Source: an uncultured Pseudomonadota bacterium
GTDB lineage: Bacteria > Desulfobacterota > Binatia > Binatales > Binataceae
Assembly (NCBI GenBank): GCA_963805995.1
Contig: CAWDWL010000002.1
Span: 135,773 to 199,772 of the forward strand
DNA: 64,000 nucleotides
Direction of reading: 5' to 3'
The translations under genes were made by a program, and so were the position numbers. Each line of letters begins with the position of its first letter. Position 1 is the first letter of the stretch. The notes under the pieces are model-generated. The model worked only from the letters and a program-made list of their open reading frames with translations. It searched no databases and was not told the origin of the DNA. Shown piece by piece: positions 1-11,094 of this stretch.

Positions 1-310
1 TATCCGCGAAATCCTCGAACAGGCGCGCCCGCGCGCGCAGCGAACTGTATTCGATTCGCGGGAGCATCGGCGGATCGGGATACTCATCGTCCAGGTACTC
101 GTTGATGATGGTAGAGTCGTAGACTATCGTATCCTCATCCACCAGGACCGGAACGCGCCCATAAGGATTGAGCCGCAGGAACTCGGGCCGGCGCTGCTCG
201 CTCTTGGTGATATCAATTGCCACCAGCTCATAGCTGAGACTCTTTTCGGCCAGTACGACGCGAACTTTCTGACCGAAGGGGCAGGGAAGAAAGTCGTAAA
301 GTTTAATCAT
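1..310 (-). CDS. glutathione S-transferase family protein, N-terminal part (gene runs off the window start)
   Basis: Minus-strand ATG at 308-310; hand translation MIKLYDFLPCPFGQKVRVVLAEKSLSYELVAIDITKSEQRRPEFLRLNPYGRVPVLVDEDTIVYDSTIINEYLDDEYP... fits the thioredoxin-like GST N-terminal domain; frame open to position 1. Confidence 0.55.
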   Translation of the reverse strand, partial: MIKLYDFLPCPFGQKVRVVLAEKSLSYELVAIDITKSEQRRPEFLRLNPYGRVPVLVDEDTIVYDSTIINEYLDDEYPDPPMLPRIEYSSLRARARLFEDFAD

Positions 311-323
311 GTCGGCGGCCGCC

Positions 324-776
324 TTACTCAGCCGCTACTTTAAGTTTAAGGTTGGCTTCGACATCCGCATCCACCCGGACCGGCACCACGAACTCGCCCA
401 GTTCCTTGATTGGTTCGGCTAACAAAATCCGGCGGCGGTCCAGGTTGATACCCTGACCACCCAGCGCACGTTCGATGTCGATATTGGTCACTGAGCCGAA
501 GAGTTTGCCGCCTTCGCCGGCGCGGGCCGGGATTTCGATGGTCAATTGCTCCAGCCGATCCTTGACCTTGAGTGCTTCGGAGCGCTTGGCTTCCCGTTTG
601 AGCAGAGCCAAACGCTTTTCGTGCTCAAACGCGCGCAGGTTCTTGGGATTGGCTTCCACCGCCAGGCTGCGCGGCAACAGGAAGTTACGGGCGTAACCGG
701 GACGTACCTTGACCACGTCACCCGGCCGCCCCAGGTTGGGCACATCGTCGCGCAAAATCACTTGCATCATCGCCAT
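324..776 (-). CDS. rplI: 50S ribosomal protein L9
   Basis: ORF 324..914; L9-like sequence starts at internal MAMMQVILRDDVPNLGRPGDVVKVRPGYARNFLLP (compare E. coli MQVILLDKVANLG...GYARNFLVP); start set at the Met cluster 767-776, upstream part of the ORF judged non-coding. Confidence 0.9.
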   Translation of the reverse strand: MAMMQVILRDDVPNLGRPGDVVKVRPGYARNFLLPRSLAVEANPKNLRAFEHEKRLALLKREAKRSEALKVKDRLEQLTIEIPARAGEGGKLFGSVTNIDIERALGGQGINLDRRRILLAEPIKELGEFVVPVRVDADVEANLKLKVAAE

Positions 777-789
777 TCCAGACTCTCCG

Positions 790-1746
790 TTAAAAGAAGT
801 CGTCGAAGCTGCCTGCCTCCTGACTGGGAGGTTTGAGCCGACGGAAGTCGATCCACATGTCGAACACCCCGGCCAGACATACCAAGGCGGCCAGGATCGG
901 CTGCAGCAGCGCAATCACGTAGATCGTGCCGCGAACGATCATGGGCATCGAGAGCATCTGCAGGTAGTACGCCATAATCGCCAGCCCTTGGCAAAAATAG
1001 ATTGCGGCAACCAGAACGAATCCGTTGGTGGCCACCATCCGTCCGGCCTCAAGCGGGATAAACAGCCCAAATCCGGTCGCCAGCAAAAGCCAAATCAGCC
1101 AATCCGGGGTCCGCCAGGTCGTCAGCCCGCTGAACAACTGGTAGCCCACCCCGTCCTTCCCTAGCCATCGCCAGACCAGGGCCAAGTTGACCAGGACGGT
1201 GAGCGCACTGAGCAGCGCCGTCAGCGCCGGCGCGAGCGAAGTGGTAACCTCCAACACGCGGCTGGCGACCTCTTTGCTCTCGCTGATGCTCATTCCCAGC
1301 TTTTCGTAAAAGCCGTCGGCGTGGCTCATCGCCGCCGCCAAAGCGTCATGGACCTGCCGGGCCAGCATGGCGGGTGATCCGGCCCAAGCAATCAGGGCCG
1401 CGGTCATCGCCAGCATCATTGCCCCGGTAGTCGCACAAACGATCCATTCAAAGGCCCACTGGCGCCGGATCATCACCAGGATCAGCACAGTCGCGAGTCC
1501 CAGACTCATGGCAAAGCCCAAGCTCTGAAGGGGACCGGCGACCAACCCAATCATTGCCAGAACCAGCGTGAGCACGACGGCCATGCGCCAGTACACGCCC
1601 GGACGCCGAATCACATAAATCAGGCACGGGGCTGGCGCGCACAGCATCACCATCGCGCCCAGGACCGGAATCACGCCGCCCAGTAGAAACAAAGCTGCGG
1701 ACAGCGCGGCGGCGCGGGTCAGGTCCAATGCGTTCTTGAACCTCAC
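790..1746 (-). CDS. DUF2232-family polytopic membrane protein (YybS-like), conserved between rpsR and rplI
   Basis: 318-aa ORF with many hydrophobic helices; position between S18 and L9 genes matches the conserved DUF2232 arrangement. Confidence 0.8.
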   Translation of the reverse strand: MRFKNALDLTRAAALSAALFLLGGVIPVLGAMVMLCAPAPCLIYVIRRPGVYWRMAVVLTLVLAMIGLVAGPLQSLGFAMSLGLATVLILVMIRRQWAFEWIVCATTGAMMLAMTAALIAWAGSPAMLARQVHDALAAAMSHADGFYEKLGMSISESKEVASRVLEVTTSLAPALTALLSALTVLVNLALVWRWLGKDGVGYQLFSGLTTWRTPDWLIWLLLATGFGLFIPLEAGRMVATNGFVLVAAIYFCQGLAIMAYYLQMLSMPMIVRGTIYVIALLQPILAALVCLAGVFDMWIDFRRLKPPSQEAGSFDDFF

Positions 1747-1756
1747 CGGTTTGCTC

Positions 1757-2104
1757 TTAGATACCCAAAGTCGAAAACGGCAGGAGCGCCAGAATTCGCG
1801 CCCGCTTGATTGCGACGGTCAAGGCCCGCTGATGCTTGGCGCAATTGCCGGTAACCCGGCTCGGCACAATCTTACCGCCCTCGGTAATGAAGGTCCCCAA
1901 AGTGCGGACATCCTTGTAGTCGACCTTCAAGGATTTGTCGGCACAAAAGCGGCAAACTTTACGCCGTCCGCCGGGCCGCCGGCGCATCCCGCCGCGGTCT
2001 CCCGGACGGCTATCCATACCGCGGTCGCCATCTCCGCGAGGCCGCGGGCGTCCCCCCGGACCGCCACGCTCCCCACTGTCTTCCGGACTTTCGTTCTCAG
2101 CCAT
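1757..2104 (-). CDS. rpsR: 30S ribosomal protein S18 with Arg/Gly/Asp-rich N-terminal extension
   Basis: C-terminal core [63 protein letters not shown] is canonical S18; the first ~40 aa are low complexity (alternative start near 1987). Confidence 0.9.
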   Translation of the reverse strand: MAENESPEDSGERGGPGGRPRPRGDGDRGMDSRPGDRGGMRRRPGGRRKVCRFCADKSLKVDYKDVRTLGTFITEGGKIVPSRVTGNCAKHQRALTVAIKRARILALLPFSTLGI

Positions 2105-2121
2105 CTTAATCCTTCGCTGAC

Positions 2122-2496
2122 TTAATCCTTCGCTGAAACCTTGGCAGGGAAAAGCGCCCTGCGCGCCATCAAATCAGTTTCCTCAGCGGACCCGCTCTCG
2201 ACCGGCTCGGGATGGACCTCACTCGCCAGAACCTCGAGCTGTTGATAGCCCGGCCCGGCCAGACTTCCACGGCGTACCGCTTTCAATGAACCTGCCGCAC
2301 GAATCCGTTGCCCGGCACTGAGGGTGCGCGCCAGATCCCGGGCCGCCCCGTCCATAACCACTATTTCGAGCAACAGCGTTTCACGCTCTTCACCACAATC
2401 AACGCTTAAACGCAAAACCGCGCGGCCACTCGGCGTCACCCCGAGGGTCGGCGGCCTGATCAGCCTGCCGCTGAGCTCAATTCTGGTCCGCCCCAT
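2122..2496 (-). CDS. single-stranded-DNA-binding OB-fold protein (PriB/SSB-like) in the rpsF-rpsR slot
   Basis: Internal start [37 protein letters not shown]... resembles PriB/SSB N-termini; rpsF-priB-rpsR-rplI order as in E. coli; the upstream part of ORF 2122..2661 overlaps the rpsF tail in another frame. Confidence 0.6.
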   Translation of the reverse strand: MGRTRIELSGRLIRPPTLGVTPSGRAVLRLSVDCGEERETLLLEIVVMDGAARDLARTLSAGQRIRAAGSLKAVRRGSLAGPGYQQLEVLASEVHPEPVESGSAEETDLMARRALFPAKVSAKD

Positions 2497-3055
2497 CGCC
2501 GGTTTCCGTTTGCGGGGCCGGCTCTTGCTCCGCGTCGGCAACTGTCGCTGGTTGGGCCGCCGCCGGCTCGCTCGCCACCGCGGTCCCCGCGGCCTCTGCA
2601 GCGGCCTCAGGCTCTTTGGCGACTTCAGCTTCTTTGACGACTTCAGCCCCTGGGGCCGCATGCGGCCGTTCGGCCTCCGCGTGCTCCGCCGGAGAATTGG
2701 CCGACCGCGCCTCGGCTAAACGCCGCTTTCGCGCCTCGACCTCCTCTCGCAATTGTGCGCCGTCAGCCTCTTCCTGCACCATCACCGACAGGTGGCGCAA
2801 GGACTCGTCCATCAACTTCAGGTTGCGTTCGACTTCGTTCATCACCGCGCCGTTGGACACGTAATCGAGGCGGACGTAGTAGCCACGGCGTTCACGCTTG
2901 ATCCGGTAAGCGAGTTCGCGAATGCCCCATTCCTCGGTCTCGACCAACTCGCCGCCGCCATTGGCAACGATGTCTTCAACCCGTTTGAGGGACTGTTTTA
3001 CCTGATTTTCCCCAAGATCGGGGCGTAAAATGAAGATAGTCTCGTAACGCCGCAC
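2477..3055 (-). CDS. rpsF: 30S ribosomal protein S6 with long Ala/Glu/Pro-rich C-terminal tail
   Basis: MRRYETIFILRPDLGENQVKQSLKRVEDIVANGGGELVETEEWGIRELAYRIKRERRGYYVRLDY is canonical S6; the ~95-aa acidic tail is low complexity. Confidence 0.9.
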   Translation of the reverse strand: MRRYETIFILRPDLGENQVKQSLKRVEDIVANGGGELVETEEWGIRELAYRIKRERRGYYVRLDYVSNGAVMNEVERNLKLMDESLRHLSVMVQEEADGAQLREEVEARKRRLAEARSANSPAEHAEAERPHAAPGAEVVKEAEVAKEPEAAAEAAGTAVASEPAAAQPATVADAEQEPAPQTETGDGADQN

Positions 3056-3237
3056 ACATCCTCCTTATGGATCGAAAACTACGAGCCCCCAAAAAGAGAG
3101 CAAGGAGTATAGCCGACTCAGCCTAACATTTCGCCATGCGGGTCTCAAGCGACGTCGGCTCTTTCAGCGCGAGTCAGCCTTGGAAGTGATTGTACACCGG
3201 GTACGGGCCCGAATCAGCACGGCGGGCCGGAAAAAAG

Positions 3238-4341
3238 TTACACGAGGAAGTCGCGCCGATAAGCGACGAAATTGCTACTGATGGAGCCGCCAAGCTTCTG
3301 CGCGGTGCGCCGCGATGGCCAGTTGTCGTCCAACACCAGGGTATAGCCGGCGTGTTTCATTTTGAGCTGCGCCATGCTCGCGTAGGAACGGGCCGCCATG
3401 GCCAGGTTCGCACCTTTGCCGCGCCATTGCTCCAGCACCCCGATATTGATCAGCGCCCCGCGGGTACCACCGCCACGGGCCGGGTCCAGGCGGACACCGT
3501 GGCGAATCCGGGCCAGCCGGGGGCTAAAGTCCGGAACCGAAAACACCGATCCGACCACTTCCCCGTCGGCGATGGCCAGCATCGAGAGGTCGCCAACTTC
3601 GGTCCGGGCCAGCGACGCGAGCATCGGGCGCACTTCCTCCCGGGTAATCGGGTTCCAGCCCCAATGACGCGCGAAGGCCGCGTTGGTGACATCGGTCCAG
3701 GCATCCACCGCAGCCAGGAAGCCGTACTCACGCCAACTCTGAATGCGGATGCCGTTGCGGGCGGCCTGCTCGATCATGGCGGGATAACTGTCCAGCGTCG
3801 CGGGGGTCAACGGGATGCTGAAATCGTTCATCCCCTTTTCGGTCTGAAAGCCCGCATCCTTGAAGCAGGTGTGGTAGTAAGGCGGACTGGCCCGCAGCAG
3901 GAACGGCGGGAAGTTTCCGTAGTTGTCGATCGCATAGGGATAGTCAAGAAAGGCCGCGAAGCCGCTGCGCACCGCCGTCATCCCCCGCTGGCGCAGCCAT
4001 CCGCAGGCTTCCTCCAGCATCGCCGTGACTGCGGGACCTTCGCCGACCAGCGCTTCGAAATGAATCAGTTGCCCTGTCCGCTCAGCCCAGTGCTCATTGT
4101 ATCGGCGATTGACGACCGCGGTGACACGGGCCACGATCCGGCCGCGGTGGCGGGCGGCGAATGCCATCATCTCCAGGTACGCCGCGATCGGGGCCCGGCC
4201 CGAGAGCAGATCGATTTCGTTCTGGACGTCGGGCGGCCACCAGGCGTCGCGATCGCCGTAAACCTCGAACGGCAGCATCGCGAACTCGCTCATCGCGTCC
4301 TTGCTCGTGACCGCTTCTATGCTTGTCGCATCCCCTGGCAT
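3238..4341 (-). CDS. GNAT-family N-acetyltransferase domain protein
   Basis: C-terminal GNAT motif region ...LINIGVLEQWRGKGANLAMAARSYASMAQ...; start placed at MPGDATSIE (4341), alternative upstream start at 4485. Confidence 0.6.
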   Translation of the reverse strand: MPGDATSIEAVTSKDAMSEFAMLPFEVYGDRDAWWPPDVQNEIDLLSGRAPIAAYLEMMAFAARHRGRIVARVTAVVNRRYNEHWAERTGQLIHFEALVGEGPAVTAMLEEACGWLRQRGMTAVRSGFAAFLDYPYAIDNYGNFPPFLLRASPPYYHTCFKDAGFQTEKGMNDFSIPLTPATLDSYPAMIEQAARNGIRIQSWREYGFLAAVDAWTDVTNAAFARHWGWNPITREEVRPMLASLARTEVGDLSMLAIADGEVVGSVFSVPDFSPRLARIRHGVRLDPARGGGTRGALINIGVLEQWRGKGANLAMAARSYASMAQLKMKHAGYTLVLDDNWPSRRTAQKLGGSISSNFVAYRRDFLV

Positions 4342-4480
4342 CGAAGCTCGCCTCACCACGATAACAAGAATTTGCAGCGGCCGGGCGCGGCCGCGCTCGA
4401 CCCATCCCCACTGGCGCGATTCGGCCCTGCCATACCGGGCACTATAAGCGTTTTGAGCAGAAAAGCTATTGCGGACCGGG

Positions 4481-4505
4481 CTCATACCGGTCCGCGATGA
4501 TCAGA
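4481..4505 (-). terminator. candidate hairpin terminator after the purF/Cys-rich gene block
   Basis: Perfect 9-bp stem gcggaccgg / ccggtccgc with a 7-nt loop, followed on the minus strand by aauagcuuuucugcuc; sits between Cys-rich gene A (ends 4694) and the GNAT start. Confidence 0.3.
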
Positions 4506-4693
4506 TTAACGCGGTGCCAAACGCGCGCCCGACCTCCAACTCCGACGCCGTGGGATTGGGCCCGTCCGCGGAGCAAGTCCATAGGCACGGGCACGGCAGG
4601 ATACGGCGCTTTTCGGCAGTTCCCGTTGCTGGGGGAGAACCCCGCGCACGGTGAATGCTGACTCGTTCTCGGGGCTAACTTACCGGACGGCCG

Positions 4694-5458
4694 TTAAAAG
4701 GGCTGTCCCTTCTGCGGCGGCAAATTCTTAAAGTAGTGTTCCGACGCCGCGACCAGGCGGTCATAGAACGGTTTGCCGAAGGAGAGCTCGATTGCGGTGC
4801 GGCATTCCATGAACATCGGGTCGGCGGTCTGCAACTTCAGGCATGGCAACTTATTGCTCTCTTTGGCGTTGTCAAATAACCGCTCGGTCTCGCTTGAAGT
4901 CGAAGTCAGCAGCGTATCGCCGTTTTCAAAGCGGCACACCACCAGCGGGAAGAGGATGCATGCGATCGGTTTGATTGCCTCCAGCGGTATCCCTTTCTCC
5001 AGCGCCAGCGAATGCAGCCCGCACCAGAGCTGACCCGTGCTATCGCGATAGGAGAAGGCGCAGCGGCCCTCTTCCTTCGCCAGTTCGATGGTGTGTGATT
5101 CTTTGAAGAAGCTTTCGATCCCACGCCCGGCTTTGACCCGGGCCGGATCGTTGGCCGCCAGAAATTCGATCACGTCGCCGGCATGAGCCACGATTCGATC
5201 GCGCTCCGCCGGGGTAATCTCGACGTCATATTCCTGACAGCACGACTCCACCTCCGAGTCCCGGCCCGGCAGCGAACAGGTCTTGCTGTCGCAACGAAAG
5301 CGGGTACGGAACAGCCCCTGCGCATCGATCCAGACGCCGTCAACGGTCACCAGGTCGCCGCTGCGTTCAAGGCTGTGGATAAATCTGCGCCATGGCGCTT
5401 CGTTGTAATCACGCAGCCAATCGATGATCAGTGGGGTGGGCTCGATATGGGTACTCAT
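4694..5458 (-). CDS. cysteine-rich hypothetical protein, paralog A (about 9 conserved Cys; KP..C.LFPL motif)
   Basis: 254-aa ORF; alignable by eye with the next ORF (FRTRFRCDSKTC...VESCCQEY...RCAFSYRD..GQLWCGLHSLA.EK...IKP..C.LFPL..RF.NGD.LL). Confidence 0.7.
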   Translation of the reverse strand: MSTHIEPTPLIIDWLRDYNEAPWRRFIHSLERSGDLVTVDGVWIDAQGLFRTRFRCDSKTCSLPGRDSEVESCCQEYDVEITPAERDRIVAHAGDVIEFLAANDPARVKAGRGIESFFKESHTIELAKEEGRCAFSYRDSTGQLWCGLHSLALEKGIPLEAIKPIACILFPLVVCRFENGDTLLTSTSSETERLFDNAKESNKLPCLKLQTADPMFMECRTAIELSFGKPFYDRLVAASEHYFKNLPPQKGQPF

Positions 5459-5554
5459 ATATCGCCAAACAACTTTGGGTTATACAAACTTATCATGAGC
5501 CGGCGAGCGGAGATTGCAACCCGGCGGATCGGTTCAGCCTCCGCGCGCGAGTCT

Positions 5555-6400
5555 TCATTGCGCATCGGATCCGTGTTCCAGGTACCGCGCGGCGGCGCGC
5601 GCGACGCGCTCGTAAAATGGCTGGCCGAAAGCGAGTTCGATAGCGTCGCGGCATTCGATGTACATCGGATCGCCCGCCTGCTTGAGCAGACAAGGCAGCG
5701 CCAAGGGCTCCCTGGTGCCGGCAAACATCCGCTCGACTTCAGCCGTGTTGGCGGACAGCAGAATATCGCCGTTGTCGAACCGGAAGACCATCAACGGAAA
5801 CAGACTGCAGGTAACCGGTTTGATCGAATGGATGGGCCAGTTCTTCTCCATCGCCAACGAATGCAGCCCGCACCAGAGTTGACCGCCCTCGTCACGATAC
5901 GAGAACGCGCAGCGGTTATCTTCCTTGGCCAGCTCGATGGTATTGCGGTCGTCAAAGAAGCTGGCGATGGCGCGATCGGGCTTGACGCGCGCCGGATCCT
6001 TGCGGCTGAGCAGCGCGATTACATCGTCTGCGTGGGCAACGATGCGATCGCGTTCCTCCAGCGTGAGATTGACGAAGTACTCCTGGCAGCATGATTCGAC
6101 CCCGGCGGGCCGATCAGGCATCGCGCAGGTCTTGCTGTCGCAGCGAAATCGCGTGCTGAACAGGGCGCCGGCGTCAATCATGACGCCGTCGATTTGAACC
6201 AGCTCGCCCCGTTGCGCCAAACCTTGGACGTACCTGCGCCACGGCTGGTCGCTGTAGTTACGTAGCCAATCGCTTAAAGGGAAAGTTGTTTTGATACGCT
6301 CACCCCGCGGATAATCCGGCTCTACTTGCGGGGAGAATTTAACAGAAACTCCATACAGGGCGAACAAATCGCCCTCAATGGAACTGCGCATTATCCACAA
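5555..6400 (-). CDS. cysteine-rich hypothetical protein, paralog B; start codon 9 nt downstream of the purF stop
   Basis: 281-aa ORF sharing about half its residues with paralog A, including every cysteine; translationally coupled position after purF. Confidence 0.7.
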   Translation of the reverse strand: MWIMRSSIEGDLFALYGVSVKFSPQVEPDYPRGERIKTTFPLSDWLRNYSDQPWRRYVQGLAQRGELVQIDGVMIDAGALFSTRFRCDSKTCAMPDRPAGVESCCQEYFVNLTLEERDRIVAHADDVIALLSRKDPARVKPDRAIASFFDDRNTIELAKEDNRCAFSYRDEGGQLWCGLHSLAMEKNWPIHSIKPVTCSLFPLMVFRFDNGDILLSANTAEVERMFAGTREPLALPCLLKQAGDPMYIECRDAIELAFGQPFYERVARAAARYLEHGSDAQ

Positions 6401-6409
6401 TCGGAAATA

Positions 6410-7885
6410 TCAGTCGTGGCGATCGGCGGTTTCGAATAACGGCAGCCGCAACTGGCGTTCGCGGCGCCGATCGGGAACTTCGACTGGATAGTTGCCGCTG
6501 AAACAGGCGTCGCAAAAGCCGGTCGCCGGATGACCCTCGCCATTAAAGGAATACAAACCGTCCCAGCTCAGGTAACCCAGCGAATCGGCCGTGATGAAGC
6601 GGCGGATCTCTTCGACCGATTGATGCGAAGCGAGTAGTTCTTCGCGGGTCGGAGTGTCGATACCGTAAAAGCAGGAATTGGTAGTTGGCGGCGCCGCCAC
6701 GCGCATGTGGATTTCACGCGCTCCGGCCTGGCGCAGCATCGGGATCACCTTCTTGAGCGTGGTGCCGCGCACCAATGAGTCCTCGACCAATACCACGCGC
6801 TTGCCTTCGAGCACCGAGGGCACCGGATTGAACTTGATCTTGACGCCAAAATGACGGATGGCCTGCGCCGGCTCGATGAAGGTGCGGCCCACATAGTGGC
6901 TGCGAATCAAACCGAATTCGAACGGCAGGCCGGCTTCTTCGGCAAAGCCAAGCGCGGCGGGAACACCGGAATCGGGGACCGGCACCACCACGTCGGCATC
7001 GGCCGGACATTCGCGCGCCAGCGCGCGCCCGTGTTGCTTGCGCACCGCATAGACGTTGCGTCCGAAGACCGTGCTGTCGGGCCGCGAGAAGTAAACATAC
7101 TCGAAGATACAGCGCTTGGAAGGCATCACCGGAAAGGGCTTGATCGACCGCATCCCGTCTTCGTCGATAATCACGATTTCACCGGGCTCGACTTCGCGGA
7201 TGTAATCGGCGCGGACCAAATCCAGCGCACAGGTCTCGGAGGCCACCACTATCGCGTTCTTCAGTTTTCCGATGACCAGCGGGCGAAAGCCAAACGGGTC
7301 GCGGGCGGCGATCATCTGGCGTTCGGTCAGGAACAGCAGTGAATAGGCGCCGCGGATTTGCCCCAGCGCTTCAACCACGCCGTCAACCAGAGACGGCGCG
7401 CGGGAGGCCGCCACCAGATGGATGATGACTTCGCTATCCGAGGAGGATTGAAAGATCGCGCCCGAGCGCTCCAGCCCTTCGCGCAATTCGGCAAAGTTGA
7501 CCAGGTTGCCGTTGTGCGCCACGGCCAGGCCGCCGCGCGCGTACTCGACCACCAGCGGCTGGCAATTCTTGAGCGTGGTTGACCCGGTCGTGGAGTAGCG
7601 ATTGTGGCCGATCGCCAGGGTCCCCTCCAGGCGCTGGATCACCTCGCTATTGAAGATGTCCGCGACCAACCCCATCCCGCGATGGCTGACCAGCGCCTTA
7701 CCGTTGGACGATACGATACCCGCCGACTCCTGTCCCCGATGCTGCAGGGCATAGAGTCCGAGGTACACCAGATTGGCGGCTTCGGGATGGCCGTAGACGC
7801 CGAACACGCCGCACTCTTCGTGGAACTCGTCGAGATTGGATTCCTCGAACTCGGCCGAAAGCTCAGTTTCCAACAAACTAGCCAT
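6410..7885 (-). CDS. purF: amidophosphoribosyltransferase
   Basis: N-terminal CGVFGVYGH active-site Cys motif, PRTase domain, 491 aa. Confidence 0.95.
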   Translation of the reverse strand: MASLLETELSAEFEESNLDEFHEECGVFGVYGHPEAANLVYLGLYALQHRGQESAGIVSSNGKALVSHRGMGLVADIFNSEVIQRLEGTLAIGHNRYSTTGSTTLKNCQPLVVEYARGGLAVAHNGNLVNFAELREGLERSGAIFQSSSDSEVIIHLVAASRAPSLVDGVVEALGQIRGAYSLLFLTERQMIAARDPFGFRPLVIGKLKNAIVVASETCALDLVRADYIREVEPGEIVIIDEDGMRSIKPFPVMPSKRCIFEYVYFSRPDSTVFGRNVYAVRKQHGRALARECPADADVVVPVPDSGVPAALGFAEEAGLPFEFGLIRSHYVGRTFIEPAQAIRHFGVKIKFNPVPSVLEGKRVVLVEDSLVRGTTLKKVIPMLRQAGAREIHMRVAAPPTTNSCFYGIDTPTREELLASHQSVEEIRRFITADSLGYLSWDGLYSFNGEGHPATGFCDACFSGNYPVEVPDRRRERQLRLPLFETADRHD

Positions 7886-10102
7886 GCCCGTGGATCCTCC
7901 TGGGCAACGCCTGTTCGTAAATGGCCCTCAGTTCGGCGACTTCAGCGTCGATGACCGAATCGATCTTCAGAACGGGTTGCGCCAAAACTTCCCCAATCCT
8001 GCCGCATTCCAACCCGGAGCCGGCCAGCATGCGCTCGATGGCGGCGACTGATTCGGCGGCGGCCGAGACGATCACGCTCGACGGCCCTTCGCCGAACAGG
8101 CCGATAACCGCATCAAGCCCGCCACAGTTCAGTTCCGCGCGCGCTCCCAGGTTGCCCGACGGGGTGAAACAGGCCTCGGCCAATGCTACCGCTAACCCAC
8201 CGTCGGCAACGTCATGAGCTGATCTTATCAGTCCCTGAGCGGCGAGCCCAACCAGGCATTCGATCAGCGCCCGCTCCTTATTCAAGTCAATCGCGCCAAG
8301 CTCGCCCGCCCCGCCGAACAGCGCATCATATTCGCTCGCCGCGAGGCTCGGAGCAGCGGTGCGCAGCAGCAGGATCGCGTCCCCGGAGCGAGTGAAGAAT
8401 TGGCCCCGGCAACGACGCACGTCGTCCAGCAGTCCAACCATCGCGAGGGTCGGGGTGGGCGGTATCGCGCGACCTTGGGTCTCATTGTAAAAGCTGACAT
8501 TGCCGCTCACCACCGGCGTATCCAGGGCTTGGGCCGCGTCACGGATACCCTCGACGCCGCGCACGAATTGCCACATGATTTCGGGCCGCTCGGGGTTGCC
8601 GTAATTGAGGCAGTCGGTAATCCCGATCGGCCGGGCGCCGGCGCACGCCACATTGCGCGCGACCTCCAATGTGACGGCCATCGCCCCCAGGTATGGATCC
8701 AGCGCGCAGGCGCGCGGATTGGAATCCACCGCCAACGCCAAGGCGCGGCGCGATCCCTTGATTCTTAGCACCGCCGCGTCGCCTCCCGGCTCGATTACCG
8801 TATTGCTCTGCACGATCGAGTCGTATTGCCGATAGATCCATCGCTTGGAGCCGACATTGGGGGAATCCAGCAGGCGGCGCAAAGCTTCAGCCGGCGCGGG
8901 CCGCTCCCTGACCGCGGTTGCCGTCCGCGACGACACCGGGGGAGCGAACGGCCGCTCGTACGCGGGCGCTTCGTCAGCCAGCGCGGCGGCCGGGATATCC
9001 GCGACCATCTGGCCGCGCCAGTGCACCCGCCAGCGATCATCGGCGGTAAGCTGGCCGATTACGACCGCATGCAGATCCCATTTCTCGAACAGCGCCTGGA
9101 GTTCATGCTCGCGTCCACGCTCCGCGACAATCAGCATCCGCTCCTGCGATTCAGACAACAGGATCTCATAAGGAGTGAGATTGTTCTCGCGCAACGGCAC
9201 TTTATCCAGATCGATTTCGAGCCCAAGCTTGCCCCGCGCGACCATTTCGCTTGAGGATGACGTCAGGCCCGCCGCGCCCATGTCCTGGAGCGCGACGACC
9301 GCGCCGGTCTTGACCGCTTCCAGGCAGGCTTCGATCAGCAGCTTTTCGGTGAAGGGATCGCCGACCTGGACGGTGGGACGCTTGTGCTCGCTGCTCTCGT
9401 CAAATTCGGCGGACGCCAGCAGGCTGGCGCCATGGATACCGTCACGCCCGGTAGCTGAGCCGACATAGAGCACCGGATTGCCGACCCCCTTGGCCCGGGC
9501 GCTTTGCAGGTCTTCCCGGCGCGCCAGCCCCAGGCAGAAGGCGTTGACCAAAATGTTGTCGTTGTAGGCGTCGTCAAACATCACCTCGCCGCCGACCGTG
9601 GGGACGCCCACGCAGTTGCCATAACCGCCGATTCCGCCGACCACGCCGCCCAGCAGATAGCGAGTGCGGGTGTTGGCGAAGGATCCGAACTTCAGCGAAT
9701 TGAGACTGGCCACCGGCCGCGCGCCCATCGCGAAGATGTCGCGCAGGATACCGCCCACGCCCGTCGCCGCGCCCTGGTAGGGTTCGACAAAAGAGGGATG
9801 GTTGTGGCTTTCGATCTTGAACACCGCCAGCCAACCGTCGCCGATATCGAGCGCGCCCGCATTCTCGCCCGGCCCCCCCGCCACCAGGCTGCTCTTATTG
9901 GGAAGTTTGGCGAGATGACGCCGCGAGGATTTGTACGAGCAATGCTCCGACCACATGACCGAGAAAACGCCCAATTCCGTGAAGGTGGGCGTGCGTCCGA
10001 GCCGCCGCTCGATCTGGCTAAATTCGGCCTCGGAAAGTCCATGGGCCGCAGCCTGAGCCAAGTCCACTTGGGGCTCGCCGGGTAATGTGACCGGATGAAC
10101 GC

Positions 10103-10106
<4 letters not shown>
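7878..10106 (-). CDS. purL: phosphoribosylformylglycinamidine synthase subunit PurL
   Basis: 742-aa ORF with PurL signature regions (…[25 protein letters not shown]…); overlaps purF and purQ by a few nt (operon). Confidence 0.95.
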
Positions 10107-10789
<683 letters not shown>

Positions 10790-10793
<4 letters not shown>

Positions 10794-11035
10794 GCGCCCT
10801 CAACCTCGAACCGGTAATCCTCGATCACGGTGTTGGCCAACAGCTGTTCACAAATCCGCTTGACCTCGGTCCCGGCCTCGGCCGGCGAGCTGGCGGCGAC
10901 CTCGAGCACGATGTACTTGCCCATGCGCACCTGGCCCACGTTGTCGAAGCCCAGGCTCTTGAGCGACTGCTCGATCGCCCGCCCCTGCGGATCCAGGACT
11001 CCCTGCTTGGGAGTGACGTAAACCTTGACCTGCAA
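10790..11035 (-). CDS. purS: phosphoribosylformylglycinamidine synthase subunit PurS
   Basis: 81 aa, [30 protein letters not shown]…. Confidence 0.9.
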
Positions 11036-11094
11036 AATCTTATCCTTCGATCAATCTAAGCACGGTCTAAGCCTGAGCACGGTGGCGGACAGCG

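Noticed and set aside
3190-4500. 436-aa + strand ORF
   Set aside because: Antisense to the GNAT gene. The translation is Arg/Gly/Pro-rich low complexity typical of GC-rich antisense frames.
5183-6094. 303-aa + strand ORF
   Set aside because: Antisense to the two cysteine-rich paralogs, whose mutual conservation identifies the minus strand as coding.
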